Part shown: positions 1-8,851 of the stretch, piece by piece
Numbering within the stretch: position 1 is the stretch's first letter
Layout of the letters: each line of letters opens with the position of its first letter
Source: Myxococcales bacterium
GTDB lineage: Bacteria > Myxococcota_A > Polyangia > Polyangiales > Polyangiaceae
Length of the DNA stretch: 56,145 nucleotides
Direction of reading: 5' to 3'
Assembly (NCBI GenBank): GCA_043747615.1
Contig: JAYTOU010000097.1
Coordinates: forward strand, 1-56,145
Translations under genes and position numbers: made by a program
Notes under the pieces: model-generated
The model's database searches: none
Told to the model about the DNA's origin: nothing
What the model saw: only the letters and a program-made list of their open reading frames with translations

Positions 1-9
1 TTGCAAACC

Positions 10-435
10 ATGTCGCATCTCTTTCCTTCGACCGAGTGGGCCGGCGCATACAAAGCGGCAATCAACACCAACGCTGCCTACAAGACGGCTGGCAAAGACT
101 GGACGCACGGCGTCGTAGCGATGGTCGTAAAAGCCGACCCGTCGATCGGCATCCCCGATGACGTGGGTATGTGGCTCGACGTGAACCAGGGTGAGTGCCG
201 GGACTGCAAGATCGTTCCCGGCGCCGAGGCGCAGAGCGCGCCCTTCGTGATCTTCGCCGACTACGCGCGGTGGAAGCAGGTCATCAAGCGCGAGCTCGAT
301 CCCATCAAGGGGATGATGCAGGGAAAACTGAAGCTCACCAAAGGCCACATGCCCACCATCGTCAAATACGTGAACGCCTCGAGAGAGCTCGTCGAGTCCA
401 CGTCCCGCGTCGACACGAAGTTCCTCGACGAATAG
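10..435 (+). CDS. SCP2 sterol/lipid-binding domain protein
   Basis: FPSTEW N-terminus and LDPIKGMMQGKLKL motif typical of SCP2; ATG at 10 preferred to TTG at 1. Confidence 0.8.
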   Translation: MSHLFPSTEWAGAYKAAINTNAAYKTAGKDWTHGVVAMVVKADPSIGIPDDVGMWLDVNQGECRDCKIVPGAEAQSAPFVIFADYARWKQVIKRELDPIKGMMQGKLKLTKGHMPTIVKYVNASRELVESTSRVDTKFLDE

Positions 436-446
436 GCGCGCGCGAC

Positions 447-1613
447 ATGGCGTACGGAAGCGACCTTTCGTTTTTGCATTTTGCGCCGACGAAAATCGTC
501 TTCGGGGCGGGGTGCTTGAGTGAGCTGCCGAGCGAGGTCGACGGGCTCGCAGCGACGCGCGTAGTCGTGGTCACCGACGAATTCATCGCCGCCAAGACCG
601 ACTTGCTCGACCGTACGAAGAAGGTTCTCGGAAAGCGTTTCGCAGGTGTTTTTAGCGGCGTTCAGCCCGACTCCTCCGTCGCCATTTGCAACGAAGGGGC
701 GAGGGTGGCGCGTGAGCTCGGGGCCGACGCGCTCGTGTCTCTCGGTGGAGGCTCGAGCATCGACACCGCAAAAGCGATCGCGATCGTCCTCACCTTCGGC
801 GGGGGACTGCGAGATCACCAGGGCTTTCAAGGATTCACGCGCGCGACGACGCCGCACATCGCCATTCCCACGACGGCGGGCACCGGCAGCGAGGTGACCA
901 AAGCCGCAGTGATCCGCGACGAGGATGCGCAGCAGAAGCTCCTCTTCGGTGACTTTCACATCTACCCGCGCGTCGCGCTGCTCGATCCACAGCTCACGTT
1001 GGGCATGCCTCCGGGTCTGACGGCGGGCACCGGTCTCGACGCGCTCACCCACGCCATCGAGGCCCTCCACGCGATGCAGGCCGAGCCCATCGCCGACGCC
1101 CTCGCCCTCCACGCGATCCGCTTGATAGGAGCGCACTTGCGGGTGGTGATGAGCTCTCCGTCCAACATCGTCTCGCGTGGGCAGATGCTCCTCGCTTCGA
1201 CCATGGCCGGCATGGCCTTCGACAACGCGCAGGTCGGATTGGTACACGCCATCGCGCACACCATCGGCGCGCGCCATCAGGTCCATCACGGGACGGCCAA
1301 CGCGATCGCGCTTCCTCACGTGATGCGGTTCAACGCGGACGTCGCCGCCGAAGCCTACCGTGCCGCGGGCAATTCCCTGGGGATCGACACGCACGGCATG
1401 GACGAGCGCGCGTCGGTCGAAAAAGTCGCGACTGCCGTCTCGGCGCTGCTCGCGGACGTGGGGCTTCCTACGCGGTACCGCGACGTGGGGGTGAAAGAGG
1501 CGGACCTCGAAACGCTCGCCGAGCTCACCCTGTCGGACGGCGCGATTGTCTACAACCCGAAGCCGGTGACCGAAGCCGCCGAGGTGATGACCGTCCTTCG
1601 AGCAGCTTTTTGA
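447..1613 (+). CDS. Iron-containing alcohol dehydrogenase
   Basis: GGGSSIDTAK, PTTAGTGSEVT, DALTHAIEA, HAIAH, HGTANA motifs; ATG at 447 (MAYGSD) just after upstream stop. Confidence 0.93.
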   Translation: MAYGSDLSFLHFAPTKIVFGAGCLSELPSEVDGLAATRVVVVTDEFIAAKTDLLDRTKKVLGKRFAGVFSGVQPDSSVAICNEGARVARELGADALVSLGGGSSIDTAKAIAIVLTFGGGLRDHQGFQGFTRATTPHIAIPTTAGTGSEVTKAAVIRDEDAQQKLLFGDFHIYPRVALLDPQLTLGMPPGLTAGTGLDALTHAIEALHAMQAEPIADALALHAIRLIGAHLRVVMSSPSNIVSRGQMLLASTMAGMAFDNAQVGLVHAIAHTIGARHQVHHGTANAIALPHVMRFNADVAAEAYRAAGNSLGIDTHGMDERASVEKVATAVSALLADVGLPTRYRDVGVKEADLETLAELTLSDGAIVYNPKPVTEAAEVMTVLRAAF

Positions 1614-1969
1614 TGGTCCCCCCGGCCGATGTACCTGGCAGGCTCATGATGCTTGCCGCCGGAATCGTCGAGGAGAGTGGCGGGTTACCCGGAATGGCCA
1701 GCGCGTACGTCGTCCTCTCGGTCGGGCGAAAAAGCCGTCTTTTCAAGGTCCACGGGCCGATCACCGCCCTTGTCGTCGACGAGCTCCCGGCCGCCACGAC
1801 GATCGACCTCCAACGTTTTCAGCGTGAGCTCGAGTCCGATCTCATGCCTCTCTTGCTCGGTGCGCGCGCTTCCGGAGCTTCAGCTGGCTTGGGCACACCG
1901 TCCGAAGAGACCATTTTCGACGCAGTGCGCGCTCATCTAAAGACCGATGAAGGCTTCGAAGTGAATTAG
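1610..1969 (+). CDS. Hypothetical protein
   Basis: ORF coupled to ADH stop and filling the gap; no family recognised, start uncertain. Confidence 0.5.
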   Translation: MMVPPADVPGRLMMLAAGIVEESGGLPGMASAYVVLSVGRKSRLFKVHGPITALVVDELPAATTIDLQRFQRELESDLMPLLLGARASGASAGLGTPSEETIFDAVRAHLKTDEGFEVN

Positions 1970-1991
1970 GTCGCGCGAAGGTCGAACCAGG

Positions 1992-2037
1992 CCGCGTGAT
2001 GTTTATCACGGGACACATTCTCCCGAAGGTCGACTAG
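1992..2037 (+). repeat. 46-bp element, copy 1 (inverted partner at 4977-5022)
   Basis: CCGCGTGATGTTTATCACGGGACACATTCTCCCGAAGGTCGACTAG; 40/46 identical to reverse complement of copy 2; internal palindrome CGTGAT-N4-ATCACG. Confidence 0.85.
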
Positions 2038-2047
2038 TATCTTCGCC

Positions 2048-2713
2048 ATGCCTTCTTCGACACCCCTGGTTCTCGTCGCCGACGACGAACCGTCCATGCT
2101 CGAGCTCGTTGCACGCCATCTGAAGACGATGAGCGATCCAACGCTCGAGGTCATCCAGGCGTCGGATGGAGAGCAGGCCCTTCGCCTCGCGCGCGAGCGC
2201 TTGCCGGACCTCGTCGTGCTCGACGTCATGATGCCCGGCATGAGCGGCTGGGAAGTGTGCCGCAAGATACGCGAAGACGTCGCGCTCGCTCACACCGGCG
2301 TGGTCATGCTCACCGGCATTGGCGAGAACTTGAATCAAATGACGAGCCCGCTCTACGGAGCGGACGCGTACATCGACAAGCCCTTCGAGTTCGGCGAGCT
2401 CGACAAAAAGGTCAAAGGAGCGCTCGAAGCGCGCGCCAGTCAGCGCGAGGGAATTTTGCGCCCGTCGGTCAACGGCGTGAACGGCCCGGCAAGCGCCGCG
2501 TCCGGGAAGAAAAAGAAGCTCGGCGCCGGAGGGGTTGCGAAGGCTGCTCCGAAAAAGAAGGTCGCAAAGGCTGCTCCGAAAAAAGCGGCCGCCAATAAGG
2601 CGAAAGCGAGCCCCAAGAAGAAGACGGTCGCAAAAAAGAAGAGCGTTGCGAAGAAGCCCGTGAAGAAGCCGGCGCCGAAATCTTCAGCCAAGAAGTCTGC
2701 GCGGAAGAAGTAA
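2048..2713 (+). CDS. Response regulator receiver protein with Lys/Ala/Pro-rich histone-H1-like tail
   Basis: VADDE, LDVMMP, MLTG, YIDKPF receiver motifs; tail KAAPKKK...SPKKK...KKSARKK. Confidence 0.88.
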   Translation: MPSSTPLVLVADDEPSMLELVARHLKTMSDPTLEVIQASDGEQALRLARERLPDLVVLDVMMPGMSGWEVCRKIREDVALAHTGVVMLTGIGENLNQMTSPLYGADAYIDKPFEFGELDKKVKGALEARASQREGILRPSVNGVNGPASAASGKKKKLGAGGVAKAAPKKKVAKAAPKKAAANKAKASPKKKTVAKKKSVAKKPVKKPAPKSSAKKSARKK

Positions 2714-2716
2714 CCC

Positions 2717-3706
2717 CTAGTCGAGCATCTTTTCGGCTCGAAACCAGTCGGCCGCGCGCTTGACGCTCTCTTCGAGCGGACGCGTGGGAAGGCCTAGCTC
2801 GCGCTTCGCTTTCGCGTTCGAGAAAAAGACGGAACGCATCGCGTAGCGCATCGCTCTATAGGTCGCGCGCGGCTCCGCGTGTGAAACGTGATCGGCCCAC
2901 AGCTCCATTCCGAGCGCAACGCTGGCGCTCACGCTCGCAGGGAGAACCATCTGCGGGGCCTTAACGTTGCCGACTTTGCCGACCACCGCGAACAGCTCCT
3001 TGAGTGAGACGTTGTGGTTGCCGAGGATGTAGCGCTCCCCGGCACGCCCTTTTTCTTCCGCGAGAAGATGACCCATCGCGCAGTCGTCCACGTCGATCGC
3101 GCAGATGCCGCCCGGCGGAACCCCGGGCACTTCGCCGCGAAGAACACCAAGAATGATTTTGCCAGTGGGCGTCGGAGCGATGTCGCGCGGCCCGAAGGGG
3201 AAGCCAGGGTTCACGACCACGAGGGACATGCCCGCCTCGGCGAAGCGGAGGGCCACCCGCTCGCTCTGCCACTTGGTGAGTATGTAGTCGTTGGCGATCG
3301 GGAAGAGATTGAAGCGCGTCGTCTCGTCTGCTTCCGCACCTTCGACCAGACCGATTGCAGCGATGGAGCTCGTGTAGACTACACGTTTGATGTTGGCCTT
3401 CTGTGCGGCCAAAAGCGTCGACGTCGTGCCCTCCACGTTGACGCGGTAGATGAGCTCTCGGTCCTCGAGCCACGTCTTGTAAACCGCCGCCAAGTGGAAG
3501 AGGGAGTCGCATCCGCTCATCGCGCGGGTCATGCCGTTCACGTCCGTAACGTCGCACACGACCCTCTCGACGTTGAGCCCGTCGAGGTTCTTGGTGTTCG
3601 CCCCCGGCTCCACGATGGCCCTCACGTCGCGCTTCGCAGCGAGAAGAAGGCGCACCACCGCGCTCCCGATGAACCCCGTCGCCCCCGTCACCGCCACTGC
3701 TGCCAT
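2717..3706 (-). CDS. NAD-dependent epimerase/dehydratase (extended SDR, HpnA/DFR-like)
   Basis: TGATGFIG, HLAA, YTSS, YILTK (YxxxK), VNPGFPFGPRD. Confidence 0.9.
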   Translation of the reverse strand: MAAVAVTGATGFIGSAVVRLLLAAKRDVRAIVEPGANTKNLDGLNVERVVCDVTDVNGMTRAMSGCDSLFHLAAVYKTWLEDRELIYRVNVEGTTSTLLAAQKANIKRVVYTSSIAAIGLVEGAEADETTRFNLFPIANDYILTKWQSERVALRFAEAGMSLVVVNPGFPFGPRDIAPTPTGKIILGVLRGEVPGVPPGGICAIDVDDCAMGHLLAEEKGRAGERYILGNHNVSLKELFAVVGKVGNVKAPQMVLPASVSASVALGMELWADHVSHAEPRATYRAMRYAMRSVFFSNAKAKRELGLPTRPLEESVKRAADWFRAEKMLD

Positions 3707-3768
3707 CTGCGCAGGTTAACTGGAATGACCGAGCCTTGCGCATGGTATTATTTCGTGTACGAACGATA

Positions 3769-3786
3769 ACTGAATCACCATTCAGT
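3769..3786. promoter_or_regulatory. Palindromic operator-like site between divergent SDR and acyl-CoA dehydrogenase genes
   Basis: ACTGAAT-CACC-ATTCAGT, perfect 7-bp arms in an AT-rich intergenic region. Confidence 0.6.
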
Positions 3787-3810
3787 CGCCGAAAGATCAG
3801 GAGTGGGGCC

Positions 3811-4980
3811 ATGCCGAATTTCTTCAAGGAAGAGCACGAGCACTTTCGCAAGACCGTCCGCCAGTTCGCCGAGAAGGAGCTCGCGCCCTACGCAGACGCA
3901 TGGGAGGAGGCGGAGCTCTTTCCGAACTCCGTCTTCAAGCGCGCGGGCGATCTCGGCATTCTCGGTGCGCATTATCCTGAAGAGGTCGGCGGCTCCGGTG
4001 GAGATTTCTGGTTCAGCGTCGCCAAGAGTGAAGAGCTGCCGCGCTGCATGATGGCCGGCGTCACCATGGGTCTCCTCGTGCAAAGCGACATGGCCACGCC
4101 GGTCATCGCCGACCTCGGCACGAAGGATCAGATCGAGGAGTTCTTGAAGCCCGCGCTACGCGGCGAGAGCATCGTGGCCCTCGGAGTCACTGAGCCCAAC
4201 GCAGGAAGTGACGTCGCCGGCATTCAGACCACTGCCAAAAAAGACGGCGACGACTACGTCATCAACGGCGCGAAGACCTACATCACGAACGGCACCCGCG
4301 CGGGCTTCGTTACCTTGCTCGCGAAGACCAACCCCGAAGGCGGTGCGCACGGATGCAGCTTTTTTCTCGTGCCGACCAGCACCAGGGGCTTCAGCGTCTC
4401 GAAGAAGCTGAAGAAGATCGGCAACCACTCGAGTGACACCGCCGAGCTCGCGTTCGAGGACATGCGCGTCCCCAAGCGCTACCTCCTCGGCGAAGAGAAC
4501 ATGGGCTTCATGTACTTGATGCAGAACTTCCAGTCCGAGCGCGTCATCGCCTGCACGAGCGCGTGCAGCGGCGGGCAATTGATGCTCGACCAGGCGATCG
4601 CCTTCGGGAAAGATCGCAAGGCGTTCGGGAAACCGATCATGAAACGCGAGTACTGGCAGCACAAGTTCGTCGATCTGACGGCGAAGCTCGAGGCCGGGCG
4701 CGCGCTCACCTACCGTGCTGCCGAGATGTACAACGAAGACAAGTTCGTAAACAAAGGGCAGGTCGGCCTCGAGACCGTGAAGATGATCTCGCTCGCCAAA
4801 ATTTTCGTGGGCGAGACGATGTCGGAGATCGCCGACCAGTGCCTGCAGTTTCATGGCGGCGCCGGATACATCGAGGAGATGCACATCGCGCGCGCGTGGC
4901 GCGATCAGAGGCTATTTCGAATCGGCGGCGGAACGACCGAGACCCTTCGCTACTACGTCGCGAAGATCATGGGTCTCTAG
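3811..4980 (+). CDS. Acyl-CoA dehydrogenase
   Basis: TEPNAGSDV, INGAKTYITNG, QFHGGAGY, RIGGGTTE; AGGAG upstream of ATG 3811. Confidence 0.95.
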   Translation: MPNFFKEEHEHFRKTVRQFAEKELAPYADAWEEAELFPNSVFKRAGDLGILGAHYPEEVGGSGGDFWFSVAKSEELPRCMMAGVTMGLLVQSDMATPVIADLGTKDQIEEFLKPALRGESIVALGVTEPNAGSDVAGIQTTAKKDGDDYVINGAKTYITNGTRAGFVTLLAKTNPEGGAHGCSFFLVPTSTRGFSVSKKLKKIGNHSSDTAELAFEDMRVPKRYLLGEENMGFMYLMQNFQSERVIACTSACSGGQLMLDQAIAFGKDRKAFGKPIMKREYWQHKFVDLTAKLEAGRALTYRAAEMYNEDKFVNKGQVGLETVKMISLAKIFVGETMSEIADQCLQFHGGAGYIEEMHIARAWRDQRLFRIGGGTTETLRYYVAKIMGL

Positions 4981-5022
4981 CCGACCTTCGGGAAACTGTG
5001 TCGCGTGATCAGCATCACGCGG
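4977..5022 (-). repeat. 46-bp element, copy 2
   Basis: Reverse complement CCGCGTGATGCTGATCACGCGACACAGTTTCCCGAAGGTCGGCTAG; its CTAG contains the acyl-CoA dehydrogenase stop. Confidence 0.85.
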
Positions 5023-5028
5023 TCTCGC

Positions 5029-6075
5029 TCAGTAGCAGAACGGCGTGCCTTTGGGGCCTGCTCCGCACGAGTTGGCCGTGGTGCAACAGCGGAGGAAGTT
5101 CGGGCCTTTCATAGGGTCCGGACAACTCGCGACGGGATCGCCGTTGCACATGCCGACGCGAGGGCTGGTCGTATTGGGGGGCTCGGCGATGCCGCCTGGG
5201 AGAATGACGAAGTCGACCGACCTCTTCTCGCCCGCGAGGTCGACCTCGCAGCGATACTTGCCCGCCGTCTGCTTGGGGTTCTGAACGATGCGCCTTATGT
5301 GCGCGTTCACCGTTTTGCTCAGCTCGTTCAGCATGACCGAGAACGCCTGGAACGCGGGTGTCGAGATTGAGGGGATCAGGCTCGCGATCGCCATCGCGTC
5401 GGGGACAGGCGCCGTCGGAACGTTTCGGACGTCCGGGAAGTCATGAAACATCGTGTTGCCGATGTGACTCGTGAAGAGCCTTCTCACCTCCGCCGCCTCC
5501 GCTACGGCGCCCGGCGTGTCTTTGGCATCGGGCGGCGACATGTTGCCGCTGTCGTCGGGGACTTTGTGGATCGCTGCGTCGGCGAAGTGCATGAGCATCT
5601 TCGCCCGAATTTCCTTGAGGAGATCGATCTGGTTGTTCACCGCCGACGCGTCAGCCGCTGTAACCATCAGGGCGGCGTCCTCGTGCGTGACCAGCACATT
5701 GTTCGCGAGGGCAGGGTTGTCGAAGGCGATGACCGCGGGCGGCGGAAACAAGGTCGCGATTTCGCCGCTCGTCTTTCCCGGCGCGGTATTCGAAACGAGC
5801 TGTGCCGGGAGGTCGAGGACCTCACCGTTGGCCTCGAGCGGCCTGAAGCTGATGAGGAGGGTTTCGTCCGTCCGACCGCTCGCCATCTTCAAAATGCAGT
5901 TCACCGGCTGGCCCCCGTAAAAAACGGACTGGGTGCGCGCGCCGTTTGTATCGGACGACATGTACAGGTCGGCGATTCCCGTGCTTGCGCACGACGCGAG
6001 CGGAACCAAGGAAGCGGTGGCGGCAGCGAGGAAACTGAGCGCCAGCCCAGGGTGCACTTTGGGGAAATTTCGCAT
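5029..6075 (-). CDS. Hypothetical lipoprotein with H-x6-H-x2-PD motifs and Cys-rich C-terminus
   Basis: Signal peptide with LASC lipobox; HFADAAIHKVPD and HIGNTMFHDFPD; six Cys near C-terminus. Confidence 0.7.
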   Translation of the reverse strand: MRNFPKVHPGLALSFLAAATASLVPLASCASTGIADLYMSSDTNGARTQSVFYGGQPVNCILKMASGRTDETLLISFRPLEANGEVLDLPAQLVSNTAPGKTSGEIATLFPPPAVIAFDNPALANNVLVTHEDAALMVTAADASAVNNQIDLLKEIRAKMLMHFADAAIHKVPDDSGNMSPPDAKDTPGAVAEAAEVRRLFTSHIGNTMFHDFPDVRNVPTAPVPDAMAIASLIPSISTPAFQAFSVMLNELSKTVNAHIRRIVQNPKQTAGKYRCEVDLAGEKRSVDFVILPGGIAEPPNTTSPRVGMCNGDPVASCPDPMKGPNFLRCCTTANSCGAGPKGTPFCY

Positions 6076-6201
6076 GATGATCAGCCCCTATCCTTTCTGA
6101 AACTCAGGGGGTCCGTCAAGCAGTGTCGTGGGTGGGCAAGTGTACGGTGATTTGCCGGTGCGTCGGGTCGCGGAGGGTGCGGCGATATCGTTCGGACGCC
6201 C

Positions 6202-6993
6202 TCAGCGCGGCGGTAAGCGCGGGTCGAACGGCGCGGTCTTGTGCCCTTGCCCTTGGCCCATCCTCGTAGCTACCCCCGCGGCGAACTCGTCGATCGCGCG
6301 CCCGAGCTCGCCCACTTCGTCGCTGGTCTGCGCTCCGGTACGGGCGTTGAGATCGCCTGAAATCATGCGCCGAACGGCTCCGGTGAGGGTCTTGATCATT
6401 CCCCCAATCAAGCTCGCGGCCATGAAGGTGATGAAGTTCGTGATCACGAGCGCGATGAGGGCGCCGACGAGAAGAATCTTGCGCACGTGATCGACGGCGA
6501 CGAGGATCATCTGAAGAGGTTTCGCGACGCGCACCACTCCGAGGACGTTTCCATTCTGCTGGAAAGGCACAGCAACGTAGATCTCGTTCACCCCGAGGGT
6601 CTTGCTCAAACGAACGCTCACCCCGTTGCCGCTCGTCAACGCGCTTTGGATCTCCGGACGGCCACTGTGGTTTTCGACGGCCGTCACACCGTTCACGTCG
6701 AGGTTCGAATCACCGATGACCACCCCATCACGTCGGACGACCGTCACCCGGGCGTCGGCGCTTGCGCTTATTTTGTCGGCGATCGAGTCCCAGCCGGCGA
6801 TGTCGGTGAGGGGCGTCGGCATGACCGAGGCGACCGTCGCTCCGAGCTGGGCGCGAACCAGGAGATCGTTTTCGATCACACTGACCATCTCCGTCTCGAT
6901 GCGCCCGGACAGGTACATGTCCGCGAGGGCGAAGGAGCCAATGATGAGCGCCGCCGACACGAGGAAAAGCTTGAGTTGAATCGAAAGCTTCAT
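6202..6993 (-). CDS. PhoR-like TM-sensor-TM-HAMP protein with no kinase domain
   Basis: ENHSGRPEIQSAL...RLSKTLG...YVAVP sensor signature; HAMP (GDLNAR...DEVGELGRAID); stop soon after HAMP. Confidence 0.75.
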   Translation of the reverse strand: MKLSIQLKLFLVSAALIIGSFALADMYLSGRIETEMVSVIENDLLVRAQLGATVASVMPTPLTDIAGWDSIADKISASADARVTVVRRDGVVIGDSNLDVNGVTAVENHSGRPEIQSALTSGNGVSVRLSKTLGVNEIYVAVPFQQNGNVLGVVRVAKPLQMILVAVDHVRKILLVGALIALVITNFITFMAASLIGGMIKTLTGAVRRMISGDLNARTGAQTSDEVGELGRAIDEFAAGVATRMGQGQGHKTAPFDPRLPPR

Positions 6994-7096
6994 GTCTGTT
7001 CTTTCCTCCCGGCCGTTGTCGGAAAGCCCGAGGGTACCCCAAGACACCAGCGAGCGCTGCGGTCGCGAATCATGCGAGAGCGTCCCGTCGCGCGAA

Positions 7097-8449
7097 TTAG
7101 AGCCGAAGGGTGACGTTCACGACGACGCGGTCGTCGGACTTTCTCAGGTCTGGCGTGAAGCCAGCAGCCTCCGCAGGCGTGGTGGGTTGGATGCCGGCCG
7201 GTCCGGTAATGCCGCCGTGGCCGCTGAAGAACGGAATGTTCGCGGCGCGGTGCATGTACTCGAGGCGAAAGACTGTCCAGGGGCTGGGCCAGTAGTCGAG
7301 AGTCGTCGTGAAGCCGCCGCCGGAGAACGGTCGATCTTGAAACGGCCGGATGTACGAGCTTGTTACGGGGAAGGCGGTGACCAGCGACTGGCCCCTGTCG
7401 TAGTAGTAGTCGCCGCGCACGGTTAACATCACGTCGCCTTTGAACTCGACGCGGTTGCTCAGCGATTCCCCGGTGAGGAATCCATCGCGTTCGCCGCCGC
7501 TCCGGTATTGGTAGCCGACGTCGACCACCGCGGCCGCCGCGACGCTCCGGACGAGCCCGCTCGAGCTCTTGTAATACTGGTAGAGCGCGTAGTTGTCGCT
7601 GTACCAGCGCGACGACTTGGAATCGAGCGGCACCTCTTGCCCGGCGTACTCTGCGGTCGCGATGCTGAGACGCTCGCTCGGGCGCCAGTTCCAGAGGAAG
7701 CCGCCCGCGCGTCCTTCCTGCCAAGAACCGAATGTCTGCCATCCGTTTACGACCCACAGTTCGAGCTTAAGCTTCTGCGTGAGGTAGATCTGCGTGCGGC
7801 TGCCAGAAAAATAATAGGGCGTAAAATCGGAGACGAACGGGTGAAGGTAATTCCAGTTCTCCGCGGGCAAGTAGCTCTCCATTGCCACGTACGAGGGGAA
7901 GATCCCGAGCTCGATGTTGACTCCGTGAAGCCAGTGGAAGTGCCAGCCCGCCTGTGCCGTGCGAATCGGCTGGTAGGCGGTGCGCGATAAGTAAGAGCCG
8001 CGCGCGAAGGTGGTGTCTTGCCCCATCGTCGCTTCCGCCGTGGCGCCGTACTGGAGGTTGAATTGGCCAATCGGGCCGCCGTTCTTCGTGTCGATCGCGT
8101 TCGGAGGGAGCTCCGCGCCGAAGCCGACCATGTTGAGCGACAGCTCGTTGTGGCGCACCGCAGCCACCGATGGAAACGCAGTGTGATCGATGGGCCGCGC
8201 GAACTGAAAGAGGTAGTAGGCGTCGACGATCATGCCGATCGTCACCGGACCGAGCTTGAGCAGGGAATCGGGCTGACGGTTATTGCCGTTCAACCACGAG
8301 AAGTCGCCGAATCCAAAAGGAGGCTCGGTGACGTCGAGTGGCTTGGGCGGCGACGCAGGAAGCGACGGAGGCTGCTGCGCTTGCGCCGGTAGCGTGCCTG
8401 CGAGCGAGGCTAGGAAGACGAGGAGAGCGAGGGAGCGAGCGGTCGTCAT
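7097..8449 (-). CDS. Outer-membrane beta-barrel/porin, paralogue of 8852-10789
   Basis: Signal peptide, PFGFGDFSWLNGNNRQ shared with paralogue, aromatic-rich strands, C-terminal strand VVVNVTLRL. Confidence 0.8.
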   Translation of the reverse strand: MTTARSLALLVFLASLAGTLPAQAQQPPSLPASPPKPLDVTEPPFGFGDFSWLNGNNRQPDSLLKLGPVTIGMIVDAYYLFQFARPIDHTAFPSVAAVRHNELSLNMVGFGAELPPNAIDTKNGGPIGQFNLQYGATAEATMGQDTTFARGSYLSRTAYQPIRTAQAGWHFHWLHGVNIELGIFPSYVAMESYLPAENWNYLHPFVSDFTPYYFSGSRTQIYLTQKLKLELWVVNGWQTFGSWQEGRAGGFLWNWRPSERLSIATAEYAGQEVPLDSKSSRWYSDNYALYQYYKSSSGLVRSVAAAAVVDVGYQYRSGGERDGFLTGESLSNRVEFKGDVMLTVRGDYYYDRGQSLVTAFPVTSSYIRPFQDRPFSGGGFTTTLDYWPSPWTVFRLEYMHRAANIPFFSGHGGITGPAGIQPTTPAEAAGFTPDLRKSDDRVVVNVTLRL

Positions 8450-8535
8450 TTGGGCCGCGAACGTCGCACCATTTGACTCACTCCGCAGAAAAATTCGACA
8501 GCTCGCCCTTACGAGCGGAGCGAACCAAGAAAGCG

Positions 8536-8823
8536 CTAGTCGGCCGCGTCGGGCCCGGCATCGACCACCGCGCAGAGCGTGCCGTTGCAGTAGGGATTCG
8601 TGCTCGCGCTCGCAGGGTTGGGGCAGCAGAAGCTCTCGACGCAGGTCGCCGGCTGCTGACACGTAAGTCTTGTGCCGCCGCATTCGTCGTGGCTCAGAGC
8701 CGGGTTGCATCGGTCACCCTCGCTTCCCCCGACGCAGCCGTTTGCAATCGCGGCGAGGGCGAGAGCGAGGCTCACTACATACATGTAGAGCGCATTTGAT
8801 TTCGTCGACGGCGATGAGTTCAT
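8536..8823 (-). CDS. Small Cys-rich lipoprotein
   Basis: Hydrophobic leader, ANGC lipobox, 8 further Cys. Confidence 0.7.
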   Translation of the reverse strand: MNSSPSTKSNALYMYVVSLALALAAIANGCVGGSEGDRCNPALSHDECGGTRLTCQQPATCVESFCCPNPASASTNPYCNGTLCAVVDAGPDAAD

Positions 8824-8851
8824 GGCGATGCTCTTTCACGTGAGGGTGGGA

